Part shown: one piece after another, positions 40,258 through 48,888 of the stretch | Layout of the letters: each line of letters starts with the position of its first letter | How positions within the stretch are numbered: the first letter of the stretch is position 1 | DNA from: Salaquimonas sp. | Lineage (GTDB): Bacteria; Pseudomonadota; Alphaproteobacteria; Rhizobiales; Rhizobiaceae | DNA: 64,000 bases | Direction of reading: 5' to 3' | Assembly: GCA_041739465.1 (NCBI GenBank) | Contig: JBGSNX010000081.1 | Location: forward strand, 8,573 to 72,572 | Notes under the pieces: generated by a model | Told to the model about the DNA's origin: nothing | The model's input: the letters and a program-made list of their open reading frames with translations, nothing else | The model's database searches: none | Program-made: the position numbers and the translations under genes

Positions 40258-41669
40258 TCAGCGCTGAACTGCTCGAGCGCTTCGCTGCAATCACCGGCCC
40301 CGGCAATGCACTGCGGCCAGACACCCACGACCTTTCCCGCTATACGCACGAGAACCGCAACATCATTGTGGGAAAAACGCCGCTGGTGTTGCGACCGGCT
40401 TCCACCGCGCAAGTGTCTCAAATTGTCCGGCTGGCGCATGAAACTGGCACAGCACTGGTGCCGCAAGGTGGCCATACCGGCCATGCCGGTGGCGCAGTAC
40501 CCGATGAGAGCGGCAACCAAGTTGTTGTTTCGCTGGAACGCATGAATGCCATTCGCGACATCGACCTTGCAGGCAACACCATCGTTGCGGAAGCAGGCGT
40601 GATCCTGCAGGTTTTGCGCGAAAAGGCTCAAGCTGCCGGCCGGCTTTTCCCGGTGGCAATCAGCAGCCAGGGCAGTTGCCAGATCGGTGGGGCGATTTCC
40701 ACCAATGCCGGCGGCACCGGCGTGATAGCCTATGGAAATTTGCGCGAGCAGGTTCTGGGCCTCGAAGTGGTGTTGCCAAATGGCGATATCTGGAACGGGC
40801 TGCGTCGCCTGAAAAAAGACAATACCGGCTACGCGATGAAGCAGCTTTTCATTGGCGCTGAAGGAACGCTGGGCATTGTCACTGCGGCGGTTCTGCGGTT
40901 GTTGCCATTGCCGAAGGGCCGCGAAGTCGCGTGGATTGGTGTCCCCTCGCCGATGGCCGCGCTGGACCTGCTCAATCTGGCGCTCGGGGCCGCTGGTGCA
41001 GGGGTTACCGCGTTTGAACTCATGCACCGCACGCCGCTGGAATATGTGCTCAGAAACATGCCGGGGTCTCGCGATCCGCTGGGTGCAAGGCATGACTGGC
41101 AGGTCTTGCTGGAGATTTCTTCAGGGCGCTCGGAGGAAGATGCGGGCGCGATGATCAACGGAATTCTTGAGGCGGGATTTGATAATGCCGTCATCATTGA
41201 TGCCACGCTGGCGCAAAGCGTTTCGCAGCGCGAGGCCTTGTGGAAGTTGCGCGACGACATGGGTCCGGCACAAGGCCCAGAAGGCTTGTCACTGAAACAC
41301 GATGTTTCCGTACCGGTTCATCTGGTGCCGCATTTTCTGGAGCGAGGGTTTGCGGCAGTTCATGAAACTTGTGCGGATGCCCGCGTCTGCGCCTTTGGCC
41401 ACATGGGCGATGGCAATATTCACTTCAACGTGACGCAACCTGTAGGTTCGAAAAAGGAAGAGTTCCAGCGCTATCAGGCGGCTGTCCATGAAGCAGTGCA
41501 TGCGCTTGTGCTGGAGTTGGGCGGCTCGATCTCTGCCGAACACGGGATCGGCCGGCTGAAACGCGAATTGATGCATGCCACGAAAAGCCCGGTGGAACTG
41601 GCAATGATGCGTGCGGTGAAAAAGGCGTTGGACCCGGCGGGGATCATGAACCCCGGCAAGGTCGTTTGA
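40254..41669 (+). CDS. FAD-binding oxidoreductase (GlcD / D-2-hydroxyacid dehydrogenase-like)
   Basis: 471-aa ORF with the FAD-binding PCMH region VPQGGHTGHAGGAVP and the C-terminal SAEHGIGRLK...DPAGIMNPGKV. Its start overlaps the upstream stop (ATGA). Confidence 0.9.
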   Translation: MISAELLERFAAITGPGNALRPDTHDLSRYTHENRNIIVGKTPLVLRPASTAQVSQIVRLAHETGTALVPQGGHTGHAGGAVPDESGNQVVVSLERMNAIRDIDLAGNTIVAEAGVILQVLREKAQAAGRLFPVAISSQGSCQIGGAISTNAGGTGVIAYGNLREQVLGLEVVLPNGDIWNGLRRLKKDNTGYAMKQLFIGAEGTLGIVTAAVLRLLPLPKGREVAWIGVPSPMAALDLLNLALGAAGAGVTAFELMHRTPLEYVLRNMPGSRDPLGARHDWQVLLEISSGRSEEDAGAMINGILEAGFDNAVIIDATLAQSVSQREALWKLRDDMGPAQGPEGLSLKHDVSVPVHLVPHFLERGFAAVHETCADARVCAFGHMGDGNIHFNVTQPVGSKKEEFQRYQAAVHEAVHALVLELGGSISAEHGIGRLKRELMHATKSPVELAMMRAVKKALDPAGIMNPGKVV

Positions 41670-41897
41670 TTTGATCAGACGAGACTCACAAACAAGGTTC
41701 GACAACGGCCATTTGAAAACACTTGAACCTTCGTCCGGAATACGTCCGACACTGTATTCGTTCGAGCCGCTCCTTCAGCTCATTCGAGACTGATCGCGCA
41801 AAAACCATTCAATAACCAAGTCTTGGTGCAAGAAAGGATTCACCGTTCTTCTTAGGGGAATCGGGACTCCCGCACGCTATTGTCCTTCGTGTCACGG

Positions 41898-41933
41898 CAA
41901 GAAAAAAACAACAAAAACAACATCAAGAAAAAG
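41898..41933 (+). other. A-rich (AAN)n tract in the 5' leader of the downstream gene
   Basis: The sequence is CAAGAAAAAAACAACAAAAACAACATCAAGAAAAAG, about 60 nt upstream of the ATG at 41994. It sits inside a 324-nt intergenic region that is markedly AT-richer than its surroundings. Confidence 0.5.
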
Positions 41934-41993
41934 CCGGGCAAATCAGGTCACCGCACACAGAATGCGGGCTCTGAAGAGAACAGGAAGGCTACC

Positions 41994-42578
41994 ATGACCA
42001 GCGGTTCGACAGCCGAAAACCGTTTGCCCCATTCGGGCAACAATTTGCCAGTTTGGGCCAGCGAGCAAATGCGGCTCGACCCTTACAAGCTACCGCACCG
42101 ATTGGCGCTGCACCGCCAGCACGCAAGCTATTCCATCGATCGCCAAGGTGTGGTGGTCAAGAAAATGCTGGGCTGCGGTCTGCCCCTGTCGATTGCCCTA
42201 CCCGTCAAATGCTTCATCGGCGTTGCGGCACGGGCGATTGAAACCACGGATGGCAGCATGACTGCCACGCTCGAATTGATGCACCACGATCCCGAACTCA
42301 GCGTGCCGCTGCTGGTTGCTTGCGACCTCGACGACATTGCCGCCGACTGGCACTCATGGAGCCGGCTGATGCAATTGCCAATGCTGGTGGTTGGTGCCGA
42401 AGGCTCTGCTTCGCCGGTGCAGAAGCTGCTTGGCAAGATCATGATTGACCCGGCTTTCAACCGCCGCAAGCGGTTCGGATCGCTCAAGCATCGCCCATGG
42501 TTCCTGCGCAGGCGCAAGCCGGGCGTCATTGGTCCGGTAGTTCGCATCAGCGGTGAAGAGCTTATTGCGCGGGACTGA
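41994..42578 (+). CDS. hypothetical protein (possibly DUF6101 family)
   Basis: The ATG at 41994 is preceded by AGGAAGG. The product is about 194 aa. The track start at 41880 would translate the A-rich tract into a Lys/Asn-rich N-terminus. The family assignment is from memory of Rhizobiales annotations and is uncertain. Confidence 0.55.
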   Translation: MTSGSTAENRLPHSGNNLPVWASEQMRLDPYKLPHRLALHRQHASYSIDRQGVVVKKMLGCGLPLSIALPVKCFIGVAARAIETTDGSMTATLELMHHDPELSVPLLVACDLDDIAADWHSWSRLMQLPMLVVGAEGSASPVQKLLGKIMIDPAFNRRKRFGSLKHRPWFLRRRKPGVIGPVVRISGEELIARD

Positions 42579-43503
42579 GCATCAACGAGAACAGCAGCCC
42601 CAAAAACAACAGCAGCCCAAAGCGGCTGTTTGACTTGAACAACAAAAGGCACTTTGCCGGGTCAGCGCGATCCAGCGAAAGCACCTGCCATGCAAGATGA
42701 ATCCCCGCCAGCAGCAGCCCTACCCGCGCCGGCCAGAAGGCTCCTGCCAGCCAGAACGAAAAAACGAAAAGCACAATTGCAGCGCCGTAAAGGGCGGCCA
42801 GCGCCTGCGGAGCATTCTCTCCAAACAGCCGCGCTGTTGATTTGACGCCAACCAGGGCGTCGTCTTCAAGGTCCTGCATCGCGTAAATGGTGTCATACGC
42901 GATGACCCAACAGATGGACCCGGCATAGAGCAGCAAGGCGGCAATGCCGATGCTGCCTGAAACCGCACTCCAGCCAACCAGTGCGCCCCAGGAGAAGGCC
43001 AGCCCCAAAAACAGCTGCGGCCACCAGGTGATGCGCTTCATGAAGGGGTAGGTGAACACCAGCAGCAGCGACAAGGTGCCGAGCGCAATGCTTGTCCAGT
43101 TGAACTGCAGCAGGATGATGAGGCCCACAACCAATTGCGCAAGCAGGAACAGCCGGGCATTGCTTTGCGAAACGCGCCCCGAGGGCAGCGGCCTTGACCT
43201 TGTGCGTGCTACCTTCTCGTCGATGTCCTGGTCCATCAGATCGTTGAAGGTACAGCCAGCGCCCCGCATCACGATGGATCCGGCGGCAAACAGCGCCAGA
43301 AACCAGACAAGCTGACCTGTGGATATCTGCGAAGAATGCGCTGCAAGCAATGCTGCCCACCAGCACGGCCACATCAGCAATTGCCAGCCAATGGGCCTTT
43401 CCCAACGTGCAAGCTGGGCAAAGGGCCAAAATGCGGGCGGAAGGCGGTAAACCCAGCTTCCCTTCACCCCATCGGCGACGGTTTGTTGCGGCGCAGCTTC
43501 CAT
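42562..43503 (-). CDS. ubiA: 4-hydroxybenzoate polyprenyltransferase
   Basis: 313-aa membrane protein with [23 protein letters not shown] and a second Asp-rich block (YAMQDLEDD). Confidence 0.9.
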   Translation of the reverse strand: MEAAPQQTVADGVKGSWVYRLPPAFWPFAQLARWERPIGWQLLMWPCWWAALLAAHSSQISTGQLVWFLALFAAGSIVMRGAGCTFNDLMDQDIDEKVARTRSRPLPSGRVSQSNARLFLLAQLVVGLIILLQFNWTSIALGTLSLLLVFTYPFMKRITWWPQLFLGLAFSWGALVGWSAVSGSIGIAALLLYAGSICWVIAYDTIYAMQDLEDDALVGVKSTARLFGENAPQALAALYGAAIVLFVFSFWLAGAFWPARVGLLLAGIHLAWQVLSLDRADPAKCLLLFKSNSRFGLLLFLGLLFSLMLSPAQ

Positions 43504-43617
43504 TGCACCAGTTTCCCAGTTTTCAACAGCCGGTCAAGTGCGAACACATCTGCTAGTTTGCCGCACGCTTGGCCTTGTCCGCCGAACCCGCTATGGCAGG
43601 CTGAACCTGGAGTGGAC

Positions 43618-44886
43618 ATGAACATACTCATCATCGGATCTGGCGGGCGCGAACATGCGCTTGCATGGAAAATCCGCCAGTCGCCGCTTTGCGACATGCT
43701 TTGGTGCGCGCCGGGAAATCCTGGCATTTCGCGGCTGGCGTCACTGGCCGCTATCGACATTGGCGACCATGCCGCGATTGTCCGCTTTTGCAGCGAGGCC
43801 TCCATCGGCCTCGTCGTGGTAGGCCCGGAACAGCCGCTGGTGGCTGGACTCGTCGATGCGCTTGAGGCTGCCGGCATCAAGGCTTTCGGGCCATCTGCAA
43901 AAGCTGCCCAGCTGGAAGGCTCCAAGGGCTTCACCAAGGATTTGTGTGCACAGTTTGCAATTCCGACCGCCGCCTACCAGCGGTTCAACAACGCGCCCAA
44001 GGCCAAGGCCTATGTGCGGGCGCAAGGCGCGCCAATCGTCGTGAAGGCCGACGGGCTCGCGGCCGGCAAAGGCGTGACGGTAGCCATGAGCATCAATGAA
44101 GCTTGTGCAGCGATCGACGATTGCTTTGAAGGCTCGTTCGGTGCTGCGGGCGCAGAAGTGGTTGTCGAGGAATTTCTCATTGGCGAAGAAGCCAGCCTGT
44201 TTGCGCTGTGCGATGGGCAGACCGCCTTGCTGCTCGGCACTGCGCAAGACCACAAGCGGGTGGGCGATGGCGACACCGGACCAAACACCGGCGGCATGGG
44301 TGCCTATTCGCCAGCGCCCCTGTTGACGCCTGAAATCATCAGCGAAGTGATGGGCGAGATCATCGTGCCCACGCTGGCAGCCATGCACCATCGCGGCATG
44401 CCCTTTCACGGCATTCTATACGCCGGACTGATGCTGACCAGCGATGGTCCCAGCCTCATTGAATACAATGTGCGGTTTGGCGATCCGGAATGCCAGGTGT
44501 TGATGCCCCGGCTCAAGACAGACCTTGTCGAATTGCTGCTGGCATCCATCGACGGCGATCTGCTTTCCATGGATGCCCAATGGAGTGATGACGCTGCGCT
44601 TTGTGTGGTGATGGCGGCAAAGGGCTATCCCGCAGAGCCGGCGCGCGGCGGGCATATCGGCGGCATCGAGACCGCCGAGGCAGGAGGCGCAATGGTCTTT
44701 CATGCGGGCACCGCAATCAAGGACGGCAGGCTGGTTGCCAATGGCGGGCGGGTGCTGGGCGTTACTGCGACCGGCAAGGACATCGCATCGGCACAGAGCT
44801 CCGCCTATCACGCCGTGGATGCCATTGAGTTTCCCGACGGCTTTTGCCGCCGTGACATCGGCTGGCGGGCTATACCGGCCAGATAG
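43618..44886 (+). CDS. purD: phosphoribosylamine-glycine ligase
   Basis: Trimmed to the ATG at 43618 ([19 protein letters not shown]). It has the ATP-grasp core and the C-terminal GGRVLGVTA. Confidence 0.95.
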   Translation: MNILIIGSGGREHALAWKIRQSPLCDMLWCAPGNPGISRLASLAAIDIGDHAAIVRFCSEASIGLVVVGPEQPLVAGLVDALEAAGIKAFGPSAKAAQLEGSKGFTKDLCAQFAIPTAAYQRFNNAPKAKAYVRAQGAPIVVKADGLAAGKGVTVAMSINEACAAIDDCFEGSFGAAGAEVVVEEFLIGEEASLFALCDGQTALLLGTAQDHKRVGDGDTGPNTGGMGAYSPAPLLTPEIISEVMGEIIVPTLAAMHHRGMPFHGILYAGLMLTSDGPSLIEYNVRFGDPECQVLMPRLKTDLVELLLASIDGDLLSMDAQWSDDAALCVVMAAKGYPAEPARGGHIGGIETAEAGGAMVFHAGTAIKDGRLVANGGRVLGVTATGKDIASAQSSAYHAVDAIEFPDGFCRRDIGWRAIPAR

Positions 44887-44956
44887 TCGAATGTCCTTTA
44901 CCCAAGGCGCATGGCGGCTATAGTCGCCGGTTCAAGAAACAGGCGGGCAGCAGCAA

Positions 44957-45370
44957 ATGATCTTTTCAACCTTGAAGGCTGTTCACCTGCTGGCGCTGGT
45001 TTTGGGATCGGGAGCCAGCCTTGGAAACATTTACCTGATGCTGGCGCGCGGGCCGCACGATTTGCCCGCGCCCGACCTCGTCAATTCCCTGCGCAAATGG
45101 TACCGGCTGAGCGCGCTGCTCGCCATTCTCACGCTGTGGGTGACGGGGCTTTTGATGTCGGTGTCTGGTGATGGATGGATCGACAGTTCCGCCTTCACGC
45201 TCAAGCTGATTTTCGCCGCTGTCTTGCTGGCGATCATCGGATTCTTGAACCTGATGGCAGCGGGATGGTCGCGCAGTGGCGGGCCACCTGCATGGGTGCC
45301 CTCGCTGCATGTTACCGCAGCATTGTGCCTGATTGCTTCGGTGGTGGCAGCAGCCTACGCTTTTGCCTGA
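44957..45370 (+). CDS. hypothetical 4-TM membrane protein
   Basis: 137-aa ORF with four hydrophobic segments. No family was confidently recognised. Confidence 0.6.
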   Translation: MIFSTLKAVHLLALVLGSGASLGNIYLMLARGPHDLPAPDLVNSLRKWYRLSALLAILTLWVTGLLMSVSGDGWIDSSAFTLKLIFAAVLLAIIGFLNLMAAGWSRSGGPPAWVPSLHVTAALCLIASVVAAAYAFA

Positions 45371-45382
45371 CCCTTGCCGGGA

Positions 45383-45619
45383 TTAGCGCTTGCCAGCCAG
45401 AAACTGCTGGTCGCGGTGCAATGCCCATGCTCCGGCAACACCTGCGAGAGCCGCGATCGTGTAAACGACGCACATCACCAGATTTAAAGCGAACAGCGAG
45501 TGCCACGAGCCATAAGCGCTGCCGATCACCACGAGGGTGAGAAAGGCAAACAGAACGCCGCGTGCAAACGGGCGGTTTTCATTTGGCGCTTGCGCCACAG
45601 GATTGGATTTCACCGACAT
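45383..45619 (-). CDS. hypothetical small 2-TM membrane protein
   Basis: 78-aa ORF with two hydrophobic helices (VLFAFLTLVVIGSAYG, VVYTIAALAGVAGAWAL). It is convergent with the preceding gene. Confidence 0.5.
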   Translation of the reverse strand: MSVKSNPVAQAPNENRPFARGVLFAFLTLVVIGSAYGSWHSLFALNLVMCVVYTIAALAGVAGAWALHRDQQFLAGKR

Positions 45620-45694
45620 TCAATGTCTCCCCAAGACGGACATGCGCGATCATTAGCCCGGATTGGGTAAAAAAATCGTGCCTTGGTTGTAGAA

Positions 45695-47809
45695 TTATCC
45701 CGAGATTTTGGAAAAATCGGCAACCAGATGCACTGCCGCGCGAATAGAAGCCAGCAAGGCCAGCCGGTTCGCCCGGATTGCCGGATCATCGGCATTGACC
45801 ATCACGCCCTCAAAGAACGCGTCAATCGGCGCGCGCAGCCCGGCAAGGGCCGACATGGCAACTTCAAAATCCTCGGCAGCAATGGCAGTTCCAGCTTTGG
45901 CCGAGACCTCGCCGACAGCAGCATGCAGCGCTGTTTCAAGCGGCGTTGCCAACAGCGATGGGTCAACAGGACCAAGGGACATGGCTCCCTTCTTTTCTTC
46001 CGCCGCAAGGATGTTCGCTGCCCGCTTGTAACCGGCAAGGAGGTTCGTGCCGTCTGCCGATTCGACCAGCGCCTGCAATGCGCGAACCTTGGTGACGATC
46101 AGGAGCAGATCATCAGCCTCCGGCGTCACCACCGCGTCGATCAGATCATGCCGAGCACCGCTATCGCGCAGATAGACCTTGAGCCGGTCGTGGAAGAAGG
46201 AGAGGAGGTCGCCGGTAACATCCGCCTGCGAGGCTGTAATGCCGCTCGTCTCAATCAGATTGTATCCGGCCGAAATAACCTTGCCCAAGCGGAGCCGCAA
46301 ACCGTTTTCCAGCACCAGCCGGATGACGCCGAGCGCTGCCCTGCGCAGCGCATAGGGATCCTTGGATCCTGTGGGCTTCTCGTCAATGGTCCAGAAGCCA
46401 ACCAGCATGTCGAGCTTGTCGGCAAGCGCCACGGCGATCGAGATCGGTGAAACCGGCACTTTGTCAGTTGGCCCGAGTGGCGAATAATGCTCCTCGATAG
46501 CGCGGGCGACATCCGGCTTTTGGCCCGCGGCCTCGGCATAGAGCCTGCCCATGCGGCCTTGCAGTTCGGGAAATTCGAACACCATCGCCGATTGCAGATC
46601 GGCCTTGGCAAAGTATGCTGCATTGCGTGCGTCGTCAGCCACGGCATCGGGGATGAAATCCAACAGGTCATCTATCCATGCTCTGAAGCGGGCAACTCTT
46701 TTTCCCTGGCTGCCCAGCTTGGCGTGGAAGGTGACGTTGTCGAGATTGCCGATCCATTTGTCGAAGCCGGCCGGCGAGCGGGCGATCTGCAGATCGCTTT
46801 CCCAAAAGAACTTGGCGTCGGACAGGCGGGCGCGCACCACCTTGCCATTGCCTCTGGCGATTTCCGCGCCGCCATCTGAAGGGATGATGTTGGAAACCAG
46901 CAAGAAGCGGTTGATGAGCTTGTCACCCTTGCGCAGCACGAAGCATTTCTGGTTTTCGCGAATGGTGAGCCGCGTCACTTCATCTGGCAGCTCCAGGAAA
47001 TCCTCCTCGAACGCCCCCATGATGACGGTTGGCCACTCGACCAGATTGCCGGCCTCTTCCAGCAGTCCTTCGTCTTCCACCAAGTCGTACTCTTGCGCAA
47101 AAGCGAGGTTTTTTGCGTCGGCAAGGATGATTTCCTTGCGCCGTTCGGCATCCAGAATAACCTTTGCTGCATGCAGCTTGGCAACATAGTCGTCAAAGCG
47201 CCGCACAATGATCGGCTCGGGCGCCAGAAAGCGGTGGCCGAAGGTCACATTGCCGGCAACCAGGCCGCCGACCTCAAAGCGGATGACTTCCGGCTCTTCG
47301 GTTTCGGGGCCAAACAGGCAGAGCATGGATTTGAGCGGACGCACCCAGCGAAGCGATCCGGGTTCACGCGAGGCTTCGCCCCAGCGCATGGATTTGGGCC
47401 ATGGAAAATCGCGGACAATTTGCGGCAATGCCTCCGATATGATTTCCTTGGCGTCGCGGCCGGGCTTGTTGATGTAGGCGACGTAAAACTCGCCTTTCTT
47501 GGGATCGGATATGGTCTGCGCATCGTCAATAGAGGACAGTCCCGCCGAGCGCAAAAAGCCGTCAATGGCCTGCTGCGGCGAGCCAACGCGCGGACCCTTC
47601 TTTTCTTCGCGAAGATCGGCTGAACGGGCGGTCAGGCCACGAATGTCGAGCGCAAGGCGGCGCGGTGTCCAGTATTCGCGCGCACCTTCATAGACAAGTC
47701 CGGCATTGACCAGCGCATCGGTAACCAGCTTGCGCAAATCTCCAGCCGCCTTGCGCTGCATGCGCGCGGGGATTTCTTCCGAAAACAATTCGATCAATAG
47801 GTCAGGCAT
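45695..47809 (-). CDS. glyS: glycine-tRNA ligase beta subunit
   Basis: Trimmed to the ATG at 47809 ([18 protein letters not shown]), which lies 6 nt after GGAG. About 704 aa, typical of GlyS. Confidence 0.95.
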   Translation of the reverse strand: MPDLLIELFSEEIPARMQRKAAGDLRKLVTDALVNAGLVYEGAREYWTPRRLALDIRGLTARSADLREEKKGPRVGSPQQAIDGFLRSAGLSSIDDAQTISDPKKGEFYVAYINKPGRDAKEIISEALPQIVRDFPWPKSMRWGEASREPGSLRWVRPLKSMLCLFGPETEEPEVIRFEVGGLVAGNVTFGHRFLAPEPIIVRRFDDYVAKLHAAKVILDAERRKEIILADAKNLAFAQEYDLVEDEGLLEEAGNLVEWPTVIMGAFEEDFLELPDEVTRLTIRENQKCFVLRKGDKLINRFLLVSNIIPSDGGAEIARGNGKVVRARLSDAKFFWESDLQIARSPAGFDKWIGNLDNVTFHAKLGSQGKRVARFRAWIDDLLDFIPDAVADDARNAAYFAKADLQSAMVFEFPELQGRMGRLYAEAAGQKPDVARAIEEHYSPLGPTDKVPVSPISIAVALADKLDMLVGFWTIDEKPTGSKDPYALRRAALGVIRLVLENGLRLRLGKVISAGYNLIETSGITASQADVTGDLLSFFHDRLKVYLRDSGARHDLIDAVVTPEADDLLLIVTKVRALQALVESADGTNLLAGYKRAANILAAEEKKGAMSLGPVDPSLLATPLETALHAAVGEVSAKAGTAIAAEDFEVAMSALAGLRAPIDAFFEGVMVNADDPAIRANRLALLASIRAAVHLVADFSKISG

Positions 47810-47886
47810 TGCGAACTCCGCTGGTTGCAGGCGCAATAGCAAGCGGCAGTCCCAAAGTCACGACCAAGGTTGCAGACTGGCAAATG

Positions 47887-47938
47887 AAAAGGGCGCAGCC
47901 ATGGCCGCGCCCTGCTCTGATCTTTCAGGCAGATCAGA
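47887..47938 (-). terminator. tandem stem-loops after the fasciclin gene (rho-independent terminator)
   Basis: The first hairpin, TCTGATCT/AGATCAGA (47916-47923 / 47931-47938), overlaps the stop codon. The second, AGGGCGC/GCGCCCT (47890-47896 / 47907-47913), is followed on the minus strand by TTTTCATTT. Confidence 0.6.
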
Positions 47939-48422
47939 ATGTTGGCATCAAGACGCGGTCAATCACGTGAATGACACCGTTTGAAGCGTGAATGTCGGCC
48001 GTGACGACGTTTGCAAGGTCAACCTTGACGCCTTTGCTGAACTTTGTGGTGACAACAAACCTGTCGCCTTTGGGCTTGAGAGTTGCGACCTGCGCAACGC
48101 CGCTTGGAATGTCCTGCGCGCGAATGGTGCCGGGCACGACATGGTATTGCAGCAGGGCAACAAGCTTTTCCTTGTTTTCCGGCTTCAGGAGGCTCTCAAC
48201 TGTGCCCTTTGGCAATTTGGCAAAAGCTGCGTCGGTCGGCGCGAACACGGTCAGCTTGGTGTGCCCGGAAAGGGCCGGCGCAAGACCGGCAGCCGTGGCA
48301 GCAGCAAGCAGTGTTTCGAACTGGCCAGCTGCCGCAGCAGTCTGGACGATGTTGGCGGCATTGGCAGTACCCGCCGCCAGGCCGAGCGCCAGGGCGCAAA
48401 CCGTTGCTTTCAGAAACTTCAT
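47934..48422 (-). CDS. secreted fasciclin (FAS1) domain protein
   Basis: Trimmed to the ATG at 48422, preceded by AAGGGAGA. It has the signal MKFLKATVCALALGLAAGTANA and FAS1 motifs TVFAPTDAAF and NGVIHVIDRVLMP. Confidence 0.85.
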   Translation of the reverse strand: MKFLKATVCALALGLAAGTANAANIVQTAAAAGQFETLLAAATAAGLAPALSGHTKLTVFAPTDAAFAKLPKGTVESLLKPENKEKLVALLQYHVVPGTIRAQDIPSGVAQVATLKPKGDRFVVTTKFSKGVKVDLANVVTADIHASNGVIHVIDRVLMPTF

Positions 48423-48563
48423 GATGATCTCCCTTCGTTGGCGACCCAATTGGTCGTTGGTCGCAATACGAGGGGCGTGGCATTCAGATTGCCGCACAGG
48501 CGGGCTGAACCCATCACATTGTTTTCATTGATCCGCTTGTGGCGTGAAAGCGTAGGGAACGAA

Positions 48564-48803
48564 TCACACCGCGTTGTGGCTGCCGTCGCAGAAGGGCTGC
48601 TTGCCGGTCTGCTTGCAGGCACAGAACCATTTGGTGCCGTTCTCAGTGGCTTCCCATTTTACCGGTGAGAACTCGCTGCCCTTGTGCGAGCCATCGCAGA
48701 ATGGCTGGTTCTTTGACTGCCCGCAGGCGCACCAGAAATACGCTTTTCCAGCCTCAACCTCGACCGGCATTGGCTGTGTGCCTGCGACGTGACCCTTGTT
48801 CAT
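48564..48803 (-). CDS. CDGSH iron-sulfur domain protein (two CDGSH motifs)
   Basis: It has CACGQSKNQPFCDGSH and CACKQTGKQPFCDGSH. The ATG at 48803 lies 6 nt after GGAGAA. Confidence 0.85.
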   Translation of the reverse strand: MNKGHVAGTQPMPVEVEAGKAYFWCACGQSKNQPFCDGSHKGSEFSPVKWEATENGTKWFCACKQTGKQPFCDGSHNAV

Positions 48804-48888
48804 GCCATTCTCCAATTGTTTGAGATGCTTGTTGTTTGAAACCTAGCGGGCAATGCATTTGCTGCAAGGTGTTGTGGCCGAACTTGTT

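Noticed and set aside
39966-41093. 375-aa minus-strand ORF opposite the Sua5 and FAD-oxidase genes
   Set aside because: It spans two well-supported plus-strand genes in antisense. The sequence is low-complexity and Arg/Ala-rich.
45683-46450. 255-aa plus-strand ORF opposite glyS, plus several other 100-220 aa ORFs opposite glyS and ctaD (e.g. 16164-16847)
   Set aside because: All are antisense to strongly supported genes and lack motifs.
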